NCBI GenBank assembly: GCA_032718475.1
Contig: JAUCBJ010006231.1
Coordinates: 1 to 48,754, forward strand
From: Nemertoderma westbladi
Taxonomy: Eukaryota > Animalia > Xenacoelomorpha
DNA: 48,754 nt
Reading direction: 5' to 3'
Part shown: positions 20,364 to 32,628 of the stretch, piece by piece
Numbering within the stretch: the first letter of the stretch is position 1
Layout of the letters: each line of letters begins with the position of its first letter
The notes under the pieces: generated by a model
The model's database searches: none
What the model was told of the DNA's origin: nothing
The model's input: only the letters and a program-made list of their open reading frames with translations
Position numbers and translations under genes: made by a program

Positions 20364-20761
20364 GTTCATGTTCTAAAACAATTATTTTTTGTTCTTGAAC
20401 ATTTTTTAGAAAAAAATCTGGATTCTATTTAAAACGCATGGAAACGTTCTAAAACGTGTTTAAAATCAATAAAAATGTTGTAGAACAAAAAATATTTTAG
20501 CTGCGCACTTAACATATATTTTATCTTATCATTTTATAGATTTTCTCTAAATTTAATTTTATTTAATCTGTAATTAACTTGATTCATATTTTAATCAATT
20601 TGTATTTCGGACCATCTATAAGTGCTTCTAAGCCTAGGAGCTCTTCTCCCTCATTTACTTAGTTACCTTGATAGTATATTATATGGAATTTATTACCATA
20701 TATTTTATTTAGTGCTTTGTGCTTCTTTTAATTTCTTGCGAGTGTAATAATTATAATAATA

Positions 20762-20975
20762 ATAGTGGAAAGCTGCCATACAAGGATTCCAAATATGTTA
20801 AAATATTTGAATTTGATTGGGAAATAGCTGAGATAATGGCATTCGAATGTTGCATGTATTTGCTTCCACTGCAGGGCGTTTATTCTATTTAATAAATGCG
20901 TAACATTCTGGAACATTTTGTTTATCTCATAAGTTGCTTGGCAACAATGCAATTCCAACATGATAATACACCATA
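20762..20975 (-). repeat. Dispersed non-coding repeat family (MITE/foldback-like arm)
   Basis: Reverse complement of 22160-22315; related copies at 32040-32160 and 32196-32540. Confidence 0.75.
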
Positions 20976-21142
20976 TCCCTTATAAGCTAACTTATTTAGA
21001 ACATAATTTATGTCATTTTTACATTTATTTATACAGCAACTAATATAATTTGTGCAGTTTCTATCACTTATAATGTATATGTACACATTTCGTAATGGTT
21101 AAATTTTGGAATAAACATACATACTTGATGCAAAGTGCTTTG

Positions 21143-21228
21143 CACAGTGTTCTGATCCTCGTGGCTTTATTTTCACTCACTCACCAACGTTCATTCGTGT
21201 AACAAAGCCACTCGGATCATTACACTGT
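21143..21228. repeat. Short imperfect inverted repeat
   Basis: CACAGTGTTCTGATCCTCGTGGCTTT pairs with AAAGCCACTCGGATCATTACACTGT. Confidence 0.65.
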
Positions 21229-21252
21229 AAAGTGCTATTTTACACACAAGTA

Positions 21253-22116
21253 CACCATAACCCTTAATACAACAACCATTTTTAGGGGGTCGGAGCCCAC
21301 CCCCCCCCCCCCCCCCTCCCTATTTTTTATTCAAATTTCAATAAAATGCTACGAAATTTGTATGATGACAGATCGACACATTTTCTTACTGGTGGTATGG
21401 CCAGATTTTTTAATTGATGAGCTATTTCGATACAAGAAGTTGCAACAAGTCAGTTTTATTTTTCGTCTTTGGAATGAAATCTAGATATCATTAGAACCGC
21501 CTTCATCTGCAGATTCTGAATATGAAACCCGTTGTAAATTTCACCAAGAATTTCCAGAAATATTATCAAAATACTAAGGTGTAAATTTTTGTGACGTAAA
21601 TCGCTATAATTCCAATGTTTTTTTTTACTCAATTCTAGAATATTAATTATGGGTAATGAAAAAACAAGATGGAGAGTTTTAAACTCTCAGCTAAATAATA
21701 ATTAATATTCTAGAATAAAGACAACAAAACATCAGAATTATAGCGATTTACGTCTCTGAATTTACACATTAGTATTTTGATAATATCTTTACCAATTTTT
21801 TGTTAAAATTTAAAACAGTTTTCAGATTCGGAATCTACAGACGAAGGCGCCTCGAATGATATCTAGATTACAATTCAAAAACGTAAAATAAAGTTTACGG
21901 AGGTGGTTAAACATTGCTAAATTTACATTATTTAAGGGATTGTTGTATGTAAATAACTGAGAAATTGAAAAATCCGGCCAGGCCACCACCAGTAAGAAAA
22001 GGTGTCGATCTATCATCATACCGAATTTCGTAGCATTTTATTGAAATTTGAAAAAAATTAGGGGGGGGGGGGGCTCCGACCCCCTAAAAATGGTTGTTGT
22101 ATTAAGGGTTATGGTG
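21253..22116. mobile_element. Foldback MITE with ~400-bp TIRs and TA flanks, copy 1 (Tc1/mariner-type TSD)
   Basis: TA|CACCATAACCCTTAATAC...GTATTAAGGGTTATGGTG|TA; arms pair up to a short central spacer near 21650-21700. Confidence 0.9.
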
Positions 22117-22159
22117 TACTAGTATATGGGTATTCCTAGTAGTAGTAGATACCTAAGCC

Positions 22160-22516
22160 AAATGTTCTAGAACATTGTGTATTTATTAATTGAATAAATG
22201 GCCTGCAGCGCAAGTAAATACATGCAACATTCGAATGCCCATATCTCAGCTATTTCCCAAATTCAAATATTTTTATATATTTGGAATCCTTGCATGGCCA
22301 GCTTTCCACTACTAGTAACAAATCACTATAAGGTGGAAAAATACCTGCGTTGTAACTGGTGCATTAACGACGGAGACGCTTTTTTAAATGATTGTAGCTA
22401 AAGAATGAAAGCAAAAATAAAAATTCTGGCTCACCCAAGCAGTGGTCGGGAGGTAAAAGTATCTCTGTTTCAAATTTCATGCAATCTCATTTAGATTTGT
22501 ATAAAAATTAGGGGGT
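22160..22516 (+). repeat. Dispersed repeat family copy
   Basis: Colinear with 32196-32540 (AAATGTTCTAGAACATTG...GAATAAATGGCCTGCAGC...CTGGCTCACCCA). Confidence 0.8.
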
Positions 22517-22618
22517 ATGTGTCGTGTCACTGAATTACGACACTATATCCTCGGACATGATCATCAAACTTCTAGAATATCAATTTATACCAGGACTGTA
22601 AATTGTTTATTCGGAAAT

Positions 22619-23641
22619 TCGGAAATGATGGTGACACAGAACCATTTGAAGTTTTATGGGGCGTCCTCCAGGGAGACACACTTGCACCATTCTTGTTCAT
22701 AATTGTTGTTGACTATGTTCTACGCATGTCCTTAGATCATCATAATGATGATGGGGTGATGTTAACTCCACGTACTGGCTCCAGAAGTCGAGGAAATCCT
22801 GCCAAGTACATAACTGATCTAGACTTTGCTGATGACTTAGGAGTACTCTCAGAATCACTAGAGGGAGCCCAACGGCTCCTCAGCTCATTAGAACATTCTG
22901 CTTCTAGCGTTGGTCTTTTTATTAACTCTAGAAAGACCAAAATTTTGACAGTTAACTTTGAAAGTTCTCAGCAAGTCTCTGATCGAATGAGCATAAGCTT
23001 AAAGGATGGTATGCTTGAGCATGTGGACGACTTCTGTTACCTAGGATCATGGATCCGGAAGTCAGGTGAATACGTAAGGGAAAGGCATGGGCAGCATTGA
23101 ATAGGCTTTCCAGGATTTGGAAGTCACCGAGAATTAATCGGAAACTTAAGGTCCGATTATTTAGAGCAGCAGTACTTCCAGTACTCCTCTATGTGGGGGT
23201 CCATGCTGGGCTCTAACTGCTGAGGACACCAAATCTCTGGATGGCACATTCACAAGAATGCTACGCCGGGTTCATTGTGTCAAGTACAATGCACACATCT
23301 CCAACCAGACACTATATAACATTGGAGGTGTCTTATTGGTTCCCCCAAGCTTGTCACTAGAACAAAATCGCCTCCGCTTTGCAGGACATTGCTTTCGCCG
23401 TGGGAACCAGCCAGTGCATAATCTTGTACTTTGGCAGCCTCATGGAGTGAATAAGCATGGTGGACAGCCCATGACTTTCTTGAGACGCATCTTAAAGGAC
23501 ACTGGCCTTGAAGATGCGGATGATCTAGGAAATATCATGGGTGATAGGGAGTTGTGGCGGCGCAAGTTTGTCGACAAGCCGGTACAGCATTCTTAAAAAT
23601 GCAGCTGCAATGCAGCATGCCGATACTAGTAGTAGTAGTAG
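22619..23641 (+). mobile_element. 5'-truncated RTE-clade LINE, copy 2 (frameshifted)
   Basis: GVLQGDTLAPFLF, DLDFADDL, RLRFAGHCFRR; (TAG)n tail; 12-bp TSD TTATTCGGAAAT at 22607-22618 and 23642-23653; highly similar to 2214-3055. Confidence 0.94.
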
Positions 23642-24582
23642 TTATTCGGAAATACCAGTTGAGACCCACTTTCTGATTTTTGCTAGCAGTTATTCATTTA
23701 AGGAGTCATCCATAGAATACTAAATATACATGTATTCCTGTATATTTAGTATTCCATGAGTCATCATATCTAAACTGCTACCATTTGAGTTTTTCTGAAC
23801 GTATTTTAATAATTTATGTAGCATTAGATGCGCAGATTTATCAGCTTTACTTATGTATGTATATAAAATAACCCTTATATCTGTTAATAATAATAATAAT
23901 AACAAATTATATAGCACCAAATTTTAATGGGAATACTCTAAGGCGCTGTAAACAACAGAATAGTACACATTACGTAGTCAAACAACTTAGAATAAAATAT
24001 AATTGGGTAAAACATGTTAAAAAAAATAATCGGTTCAGTTAATACAAGCTCTGATCTGTGCGTAGGAAATAAGATACGATAATATAATAAATCGTGAGTA
24101 CCAGTAAAATTACTGGGAGCAAAACTTGAGATAGGAGTAGGGGAGGCGCCCACCCCTACCATCGGGTAGCAGCTAACGAAAGAGGAGCCTTCCGGTCGCC
24201 TCCGACCTCGGCCGACTGTTTGCTTTGCTTTGATAATAAATCATGAACTGGTTTATAAGTAGGAGTAATTTATGATAAATACTGTAATTTAAAAATGAAT
24301 TATCCCAAAATCCAAAAATGTTAGGAAAATATTTACTGTATGCGTATCCAAAAAATGTGTACGCCCAGAGAGGATAGTGTCAACAATACGTTTTTGTCCC
24401 CCCCCCCCACACCCACACTCCCCACCCCTACTCCAGCCCAAATAATTTCTGCGCCAGATTAATTGATTGAATTTTTTCCCATATAAAAATACATACTGCA
24501 CAATACTGAAATAATATATATAAATCACAATTTACCGGTAATTTGTTTACATTGTTTTATGTAAATTATGTAAATTAATGGA

Positions 24583-25189
24583 TGTGAGCGGATTCAATTC
24601 CACCTCATTACCCCCATAAAGTTGGGAAGTGGCGCCCTTTTTCAGCAATATTGGAGATACGAGATTGATAACAACCAATCTCGTATCACACCCAATAACG
24701 GGGATAACACACACCCCAAAAGCCACACAAAGGGAGGTTAGAGGTCAAACCACCTCGAGAGGGCAAATAACCAACAGGGGGGGGGGGGGGGGGGGGTGGG
24801 GAAGCACTCCCACAGAGGTGAGAGGCGTGAAGTAGGTTATCAACCAATAGGAGCGGGGAAAGGCATCCACTGGACAAAGGCCATAGTAATGTAGGAATGA
24901 TTAGATATATTATCAATGTGTTGAGATAGCAATTCAGTTATTCCAGTCATTAGTTGAGTGCAGACTGGTGACATCTTGCACCATCACCGTCACTACATAT
25001 TACATATATAATCACTACCGGTACACTGTTATTCCGTCATTATCTATCAACTGTGCTGTTATTTACTATTCAGTTATTCGATTATTATCAATACGAACAT
25101 CAAAGCGATAACAACAAACTGCTATTTTATCTCAATATCACGGTGACGCGTAGTCTGACAACCGGTCGGGATCCCTTGATCCCGTCACA
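24583..25189 (+). repeat. 5' LTR of element B (607 bp)
   Basis: Direct repeat of 31115-31705; about 6 substitutions plus G-run and 3-bp indels by eye. Confidence 0.96.
24845..24939 (+). promoter_or_regulatory. Putative LTR promoter of B (CCAAT, TATA-like, Inr TCAGTT)
   Basis: CCAAT near 24845, TATATTA at 24906, TCAGTT at 24934-24939 (30 nt from TATA to the Inr A). Confidence 0.55.
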
Positions 25190-25198
25190 GTGCAAGAT
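25190..25198 (+). promoter_or_regulatory. PBS position of element B: non-tRNA type, complementary to its own LTR
   Basis: GTGCAAGAT directly follows the LTR end; it complements ATCTTGCAC at 24973-24981. Confidence 0.7.
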
Positions 25199-25232
25199 AC
25201 CCAACAACCACAAACTGTGACTGCCAGAAAAG

Positions 25233-28200
25233 ATGAGCACAGGACAACAACGATTGTCGGAGGGAGAGAGGACACCGCCGCGGACCCTGGACGATACCAA
25301 CGAAATGATCCGCGAGGCCGCGACGCGACGGTATCGACCCGCGACGCCGGATTCGCCGGTGAGAGACGATCCGGCAGCACCCGAGGTTAACCCCGAGGAT
25401 TTGGTCTCGTCGGTTAGCGAGAACCCCAGAACCCCAGGAGTCGGTCGCGACCGATAAGTCCGCTACATCCTCCGCGAAAGCAAGAAGGGTGTTAGAGATA
25501 GATCTGGCGTGTCAATTAGACATGGTGGCGCTATACCAGAAAGAATTAGAGAGGCAGTTGGATGAGGGAACTGCGCTGATGAAGAAAGAGAGGGAGTTGG
25601 CGAGGGAGTATAGAGAGAGGGCCGAGAGGGTAGCGAGAAATTGTAGAGAACAAGAAGAGAGAGAGGCAGAGGAACGTAAGGAACGAGAAACGAGAGTAGA
25701 GAAGGAGCGTAAGGAGCGAAAGACGAGAGAGATGAACGAGCATAGAGAGCAAGAAGCGAGAGTAGAGAGCGAGCGTAGAGAGTGGGTGGTGAGAGAAACA
25801 GAGTTGGCGAACCAGAGTTTGCAAGAGGATAGAGAATGAGAGAGGGCGGGAAAGCATATGCGGGATGATATGCATGCCCGGATAAGGGGGCTTATGCAAT
25901 ATCAGGCCAAACAGAAGCACCGACTGGAACTGGCGCAGTTGGGATTATCTGAGAGTGAGGCTGGCTCGGGTAGTATTTACGAGGAGCCAGAAGTTATGGA
26001 AACGTTTGTTAATACCCCACTTACAGGGACCGGATGACAGACCCAAGACTGGTGTGACTGTACGGGTGGGGGGGGGGGGGGGGGTAATAATAATACGCTA
26101 GAAGGCGTTAATATTAATAGTACCGTAGTAGACAACCCTAATCAAACTTTCATTGCAGGAAATAATATTTTGCCCGGTAACAATAATTTAAATCCGAATG
26201 ATCCTAATTTAAATATAGAAAATAATTCAAATAATAATCTTGATTCGAATATACAAATTTAAATACGCAAAATAATCTAAATAATAATTTTAATTTAAAC
26301 GAACAAAATAATCCCGATTCTAATCCAAATATACAAAATAATTTAAATAATAATCCGAGGGTACAGAATAATTCAAATAATCCAAATAATATCGATAATA
26401 ATGTTAATAATGGTGCTATTAATATAAACGCGGCAGATGTAGGTGGTCCGGCCAGCGAGAGCCTGCAAGGCCACATAATTAGTACACAGGGGGTAGCGGG
26501 GGTGAGAGACCCCGAAGGGAGCCTGGAAGGCAGCGTAATTAATACGCAGGGAGTAGCAGGGGTGAGTCAACCCGACGGGAGCCTGCCAGGCCACGCAGTG
26601 ATAAGGGGAGAGGCGGGGGTGAATAGACCCAGCCACAGTAGAGACAGTGCGTCGACGAGATAGGGGCATAGAGGCGAAGCGAGAGATAGTGAAGTGATAG
26701 GTGGTGAGTGGGGGTGGGCTACAGGAGCCCCACAACGAGAGATTAGCGGCGAGAGGGAGGGGGCAGAGAGAGTCCAACAGGCGTCGGCGGACGATGCGCG
26801 GGTCGGGTTAGGTGGACCACAGCACCCGGCGATGGAGAATAGTAGGGGGATTACGAATATCCCCAGCGGCGTGCGACTGGGTAGAGAGAGGGAGGTTGGC
26901 GTCGCGAGCGGGCGAGCGATGAGACATCGAGCCCAGTCAGAAGAGGGAAGAAGAACAGTGGAGTTTAACCGGGAGGTCGACGAGAGATCTCACGAGCGGG
27001 GACGCTACACTGAAGAGAGAAGAAGAGAAGAGAGTGGAAGAAGTGTTGCTAGGAGCGACCAGAGAGCGAGGACGATTAGCGAGCCGTCGGTAGTAGAGAT
27101 GGAGTTGGAGAGTCAGTGGGGTCGTACTCCGGGAGATTGCCGTCGCCCCGGAGAGATGCAACCTGGCGAGGTGTACTATACGCCGAGAGAGGGGTACAGG
27201 GCGTACCAGTAGGAGGACGAGAATAGGAGAGGAGATCGAAGAGAAACTTCCCGACGGGATATAGCTGCCGATCGCGGGTACGGTAGTCGCGGGGAGGACT
27301 TCTTGGATTATTCGAGAAGGTTAGACTTCGGTCTGGAGGGTCACATACAGACTGCAGGATATACTGTAGGCCTTACTGTACATACTATAGGCCATGCTGG
27401 GAGAGATAGTGTAGGCGATAGGGTAGCGCGGACAATGGGATTAAACCCGGAAGTCGCGGAGTATATACCAGTAGGTAGTGCAGAAGAGGATAGGCCTATA
27501 CCGGAACCAGCACAGCAGTATGACTATAACATGCAGGGACATAACATATATCCAGGGGAGGGGAGAGTTATTGCGGATAGGTGTATGGGCCCAAATATAT
27601 TAACATCAACCCCAGTACCAAACATACCACCAGTGGGGGGGGGGGGGGGGGCAGGGTGACATTCCCCCTTTACAATATCAACAATACACTCAAACAGAAA
27701 TAAGAACATCGAACCCCCTGGACGAGAACAGGTCTTGCGACACGGAAATATGGAGGGGGCCATTACCCCCAATGATATATCCGATGCAACGGAAGGCAAC
27801 AGGCTGGACGGGCGGACCGCACCCAATGGGAGAATCTGTACAGCATCCTTCGAATCCATTGGAAGCACAGGCGATGGGAATGGCTACACTAATCGATGCG
27901 CTCAAGACCAGAATCGAGCTACCACCCGTAGAGCCATTTAAATTTGACGGAAGTAGGCCGGAAGAATACCTGCAATTTCGGCGCATGTACAGCAACGAGA
28001 TATTAACTAAGAACCTGACGCAGGCAGAGTGCCTAAAATATCTACAGGTATATACAGGAGGCCCAGCGTACGACATCGTGAGGCAGTATCAGGGCATCGA
28101 GGGTGGCTTCACGACTGCATGGCGGGCCCTAGACAGGGAATACGGGCACCTGGCCAAGATCATCCGGGAAACCCTGAGGGGTATTACATAGGGTGGCCTA

Positions 28201-28960
28201 CAGGATAACCCCGTTAGCATAAAGACGTTTGCAAACAAAGTCAAGAAGGCGTTAATCGTGCTGAAAACACTAGATGCACCATACGAACTTAACGCATCTA
28301 ATAATATCACCACGATAGCGCAGGCACTGCCAATCTGGCTGCGCAATAAGTGGAGAAAAATCGCCTTCTCCACCCGGGAGAAGAAGGGTGCGGAACCGGG
28401 CCTAGAGGAAATGTCGAACTTCCTCAACTACGAAGCCAAGTTGATCACGGACCCAGTCTATAGCGAGGATAGTCTGGGAAAGGGACCAAAGACCGAATAT
28501 AGCAGGCCGAAATCAGAACACAACACGGCAAACGCATTGCCAAAGCTTAGACAATCGCTGCCATACGCGCGATGCAGAGGACTGCTAGTCCACATGTAGC
28601 CGGGGGTAGGGCCACACCATGGAGTGGACAGGGGAAAAATAACAACACAAACAAACATAACCCCAACACGCCCAGTAGGCTGAACCCAAACAATAAGAAC
28701 AGTAGGGATCTAGGCACGAACATAAGTGCGATACGCAGTGCACTGTATAGGGACGGCTATAATCCAAACAACAAATGCCAATTGCATACGAACGCACTTC
28801 ATCAGACCATGAACTGCAGATATTGGCAAGCGTTGCCCAAACAAGATCAGGTAGAATATGCAAGGAAGAGTGGAATCTGTCATCGATGTGTGGCGGGCGG
28901 ACACAGAGCTGATCAATGCAAAGAAACACCAATTAAATTCGGTCAAGGCAAAGGGCAAAC
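25233..28960 (+). pseudogene. gag: Fragmented gag of element B
   Basis: Coiled-coil ORF 25489, core LPPVEPFKFDGS...AWRALDREYG, LPIWLRNKW, knuckles CQLHTNALHQTMNC and CHRCVAGGHRADQC; many stops and frameshifts. Confidence 0.88.
26460..26630 (+). repeat. Three diverged 60-bp tandem units in gag of B, preceded by an Asn-codon-rich repeat (26160-26430)
   Basis: GCCTG(C/G)(A/C)AGGC... at 26461, 26521 and 26581. Confidence 0.8.
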
Positions 28961-30664
28961 AATGGCGACAAGCACCATAGGGGCGAAGAATAGAGGAACG
29001 GTACTACTCGGAGTAGTACCAGTGAGGGTGATCGATCAGTAACCACACTGATGCTGGTCGACAGTGGAGCAGCCTTCACATTGGTGGAGAATTGGGTGGC
29101 CGAAGAGATAGGACTAAAGACGAGGCCAAGTAGGATGGCGGTAACAACCATCTCTAGCAAAGATGAGGTCCTGGAGATGAGGACGGGATGGTGCGAGATA
29201 GCAGCGATAGCACCGGGATGCGATTATGGGGTGACCATCGACCCCATCCAGGTAATAGAATCGATCAACATCAACGCCAGGCGACCAACCAACATCGAGG
29301 TCGAACAATACAGATTCCTGGACAGCATCGATTTCTCGATACCAGAGGTGGACGTTAGGAAAGTATCCATCATAGTGGGAATGGACAGCCCGACGGCCCA
29401 CGAGAGAATGCAGACGGTCTTCGGCGAAGACAGACAGCGTGACCCGATGGCAATTTTAACACCATTCGGGTGGATGCTAAGCGGCCCAATTAAAACCAAG
29501 ATTCTGTTTAGGATGTCGGAGACATCAGGGTGCATTTTCGCAGGAACTATGAGGGAGATAGAAGATGAAGGAGCGGAGGAGCAACTCAGGAGACTGCTCA
29601 GACAAGACTTTGAGGGACTAAAGGAGACCGGGGTCGGAACCTCGGTAGAGGATAAACAAGCAATACAAAGTGTGAAGGAGTCGATGAGATGCGACGAGGG
29701 GCGGTACACCATAGGCATGGTGTGGAAACAACCAAAATTACCGCTACCGGAGAACAAGAGAATGGTACTCACGAGGCTTCGTAAACTGAAGCAAATGCTG
29801 AAGCGGAGCACCGAGAAGGATGAGTACATCCACAAGACGATAAGGAAGTATGTCGAGAAAGGATGGGCAGTAGAGTTTCCGGTCGACAAACCAAACACGG
29901 ACAGGACCTATTACCTGCCACTTCACGTGGCTCTAGATCCAAAGAAAGGTAAATTGCAGATGGTAGTTGACGCATCGGCTAAAACCAACAGCAAGTGCCT
30001 AAACGACTATCTGCTGGAGGGCCCAAATATCTATAACTCGGGAATCGAGGTCCTACTGAAATTTAGAAATGGGAGACACGCCTTCACCTGCGACATTGGA
30101 GGCATGTTTAACCAAGTCCATGTGACGGAGGAGGATAGTGACAGCCAGCGCTTCCTATGGTACAACGGCGACGAGGAACTGTCGACAATACCGATGTATA
30201 AGATGGTGGTGCAGAACATGGGGGCCAAGTCGTCCTCATTTACGACGACTGTGGCTGTAAGAGATACAGTAGAGGAGAAAGAGGGGAGGTAGAGCGCCAA
30301 AGCGGTCGATATGATCCGACACGGCTTCTATGTAGACAATGGAATGGAGTCTGGAAACACGGTTAAAGAACTAATGGATACAGGGCGCGAGGTTCGCAAC
30401 ATCCTGAAGGGATCCGGGTTTAACCTGACCAAGTTCCAATCCAGCTCAGAGGAGTTTATGAAAGTCATAGAGGACAGACGGCCAGAGTCGACCATGGATA
30501 ACCCCACAACAGCCAAGGGACAGGACATGGCGAACAAGAGAGTAGAGTCTCAGCAGAAGGCACTGGGGATCGTGTGGAACCGGGAGACTAGACGTGGCAC
30601 TACACACTTCACACTTCTTAAGTGCGACGGCACGGAAGGGGAGGGTGAGGCTCGTCAGGAGTGA
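28961..30664 (+). pseudogene. pol: Protease and RT of element B, truncated by deletion
   Basis: LLGVVPVRV, LVDSGA, YYLPLH, VVDASAK, DIGGMFNQV, RFLW, FYVDN, ALGIVW, then an abrupt switch to RRGTTHFTLL. Confidence 0.92.
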
Positions 30665-31105
30665 ATGGGGTAAAGCGAGTAAGGGTTGAGTATAGAACGC
30701 AGGGGAGATAGTGAGAGGTGGTGTTGAGGCGTGTGGAGAGAGTACGGGTGCGATTCAAATGTGGGGGGGAGGAGTAAGAGGCAGAGTGAGGGACAAAGAG
30801 GTCCGAAAGTGGAGTGGAGTTAGAGTGAAAGTAGAGAGAAGTTAGAGTCAGTTTAGAGTGGAGCGGAGATTTAAAATTGTGTGAGAGGAGTCCACAATTG
30901 TCTCGAACCGAGACGCCAGATGTCTTGGTGCAACATAGATTGGGGTTGCACGAAGAGGGGGTAGTAATATCATACCCAGAGGGAGCAGCCTGGAAAGCCG
31001 ACTCCAAGTAAAAGAACTCCACCCCACACCCGATAGTAGATCGGGTTCCAGCGGAATTGAAGCGCACTCATAGGTGATGCTATCTTCTCACCGGGAAGAT
31101 AGCAT

Positions 31106-31114
31106 GGGGGGGAG
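31106..31114 (+). other. Polypurine tract of element B
   Basis: GGGGGGGAG directly before TGTGAG of the 3' LTR. Confidence 0.85.
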
Positions 31115-31705
31115 TGTGAGCGGATTCAATTCCTCCTCATTACCCCCACAAAGTTGGGAAGTGGCGCCCTTTTTCAGCAATATTGGAGATACGAGATTGA
31201 TAACAACCAATCTCGTATCACACCCAATAACGGGGATAACACACACCCGAAAAGCCACACAAAGGGAGGTTAGAGGTCAAACCACCTCGAGAGGGCAAAT
31301 AACCAACAGGGGGGGGGGGGGAGCACTCCCACAGAGGTGAGAAGCGTGAAGTAGGTTATCAACCAATAGGAGCGGGGAAAGGCATCCACTGGACAAAGGC
31401 CATAGTAATGTAGGAATGATTAGATATATTATCAATGTGTTGAGATAGCAATTCAGTTATTCCAGTCATTAGTTGAGTGCAGACCGGTGACATCTTGCAC
31501 CATCACCGTCACTACATATTACATATATTATCACTACCGGTACACTGTTATTCCGTCATTATCTATCAACTGTGCTGTTATTTACTATTCAGTTATTCGA
31601 TTATCAATACGAACATCAAAGCGATAACAACAAACTGCTATTTTATCTCAATATCACGGTGACGCGTAGTCTGACAACCGGTCGGGATCCCTTGATCCCG
31701 TCACA
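31115..31705 (+). repeat. 3' LTR of element B (591 bp)
   Basis: Direct repeat of 24583-25189, followed by TSD ATGGA. Confidence 0.96.
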
Positions 31706-32039
31706 ATGGACGGTAATACATGTTTGAAATTATATAATAAATTGACTTGCCTAGGTAACATAAATGGTCTAACTCTGTACAGCAGTTTACAACAAATCAC
31801 GTGTATATACATACATTAAACTTGAAATAAATTAAAATTTACAGTTTAAAATATATCTGTTACGTAGCTACAGTTTAAAAAGTAGTATCACATACATACA
31901 ATGAAATTTATTTAACAAGGTACAACCAGCTGATGCTTTATCGTGCTAAGTCTGAATAAACCATGGCGTGTCGTTGAATATTGTTTGAGAATGGAGTTCC
32001 AAATTTGTTGCCCCCCCCCCCCCCCCCCCCCCCCCCAGT

Positions 32040-32540
32040 CATGTATTTGCTTCCGCTGCAGGCCATTTATTCCATTTAATAAATACACAATGTTCTAGAA
32101 CATTTTGTTTATCTCATAAGTAGCTTGGCAACAATGCAATGCCTAAATGATAATACTAGTATATTAGTATATTATGGATATTCATACATAACAAAATGTT
32201 CTAGAACATTGCGTAGTTATTAAATAGAATAAATGGCCTGCAGCAGAAGCAAATACATGCAAAATTCAAATGCCCATATCTCAGCTATTTTCCAACCAAA
32301 TTCAAATATTTTCACATATTTGGAATCCTTGCATGGCCAGCTTTACCTCACTATAAGGATGAAGAAGAACTATGGTGGTGCAATATCGACGGAGACACCT
32401 TTTTCTAAACGTTTGTAGCGAAAGAACGAAATCGAAAATAAAAATTCTGGCTCACCCAGCAAGGAGGAGGGAGGTGAAACTAACTCTGTTTCGAATTTCA
32501 TGCAATCTCATTATGATTTGTAAAAAAAATGGGGGGGGGG
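32040..32540. repeat. Head-to-head copies of the dispersed repeat family (local palindrome)
   Basis: 32040-32110 is the reverse complement of about 32192-32260; colinear with 20850-20975 and 22160-22516. Confidence 0.75.
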
Positions 32541-32628
32541 GGGGGTGGGGGGGAGGGGCCATATACCAGAATAACGTCACTATATTCCAGGACATGGTTT
32601 ATACTAGTGCCGAAACCAAGAACAACTA

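Larger units (their letters stand above)
24583..31705 (+). mobile_element. BEL/Pao LTR retrotransposon B, internally deleted (RNase H and most of integrase missing)
   Basis: LTRs TGTGAG...GTCACA, 5-bp TSD ATGGA (24578-24582 and 31706-31710), Pao gag/PR/RT motifs. Confidence 0.96.

Noticed and set aside
24130-24240. GC-richer island with hairpins and a TTTGC tail as a SINE or HDV-like ribozyme
   Set aside because: No A/B boxes, TSD or nested double pseudoknot could be assigned; single copy in the window.
24630-24637. TGGCGCCC as a tRNA-Lys PBS for element B
   Set aside because: Only 8 nt match, and it lies in U3 near the LTR start, upstream of the predicted TSS.
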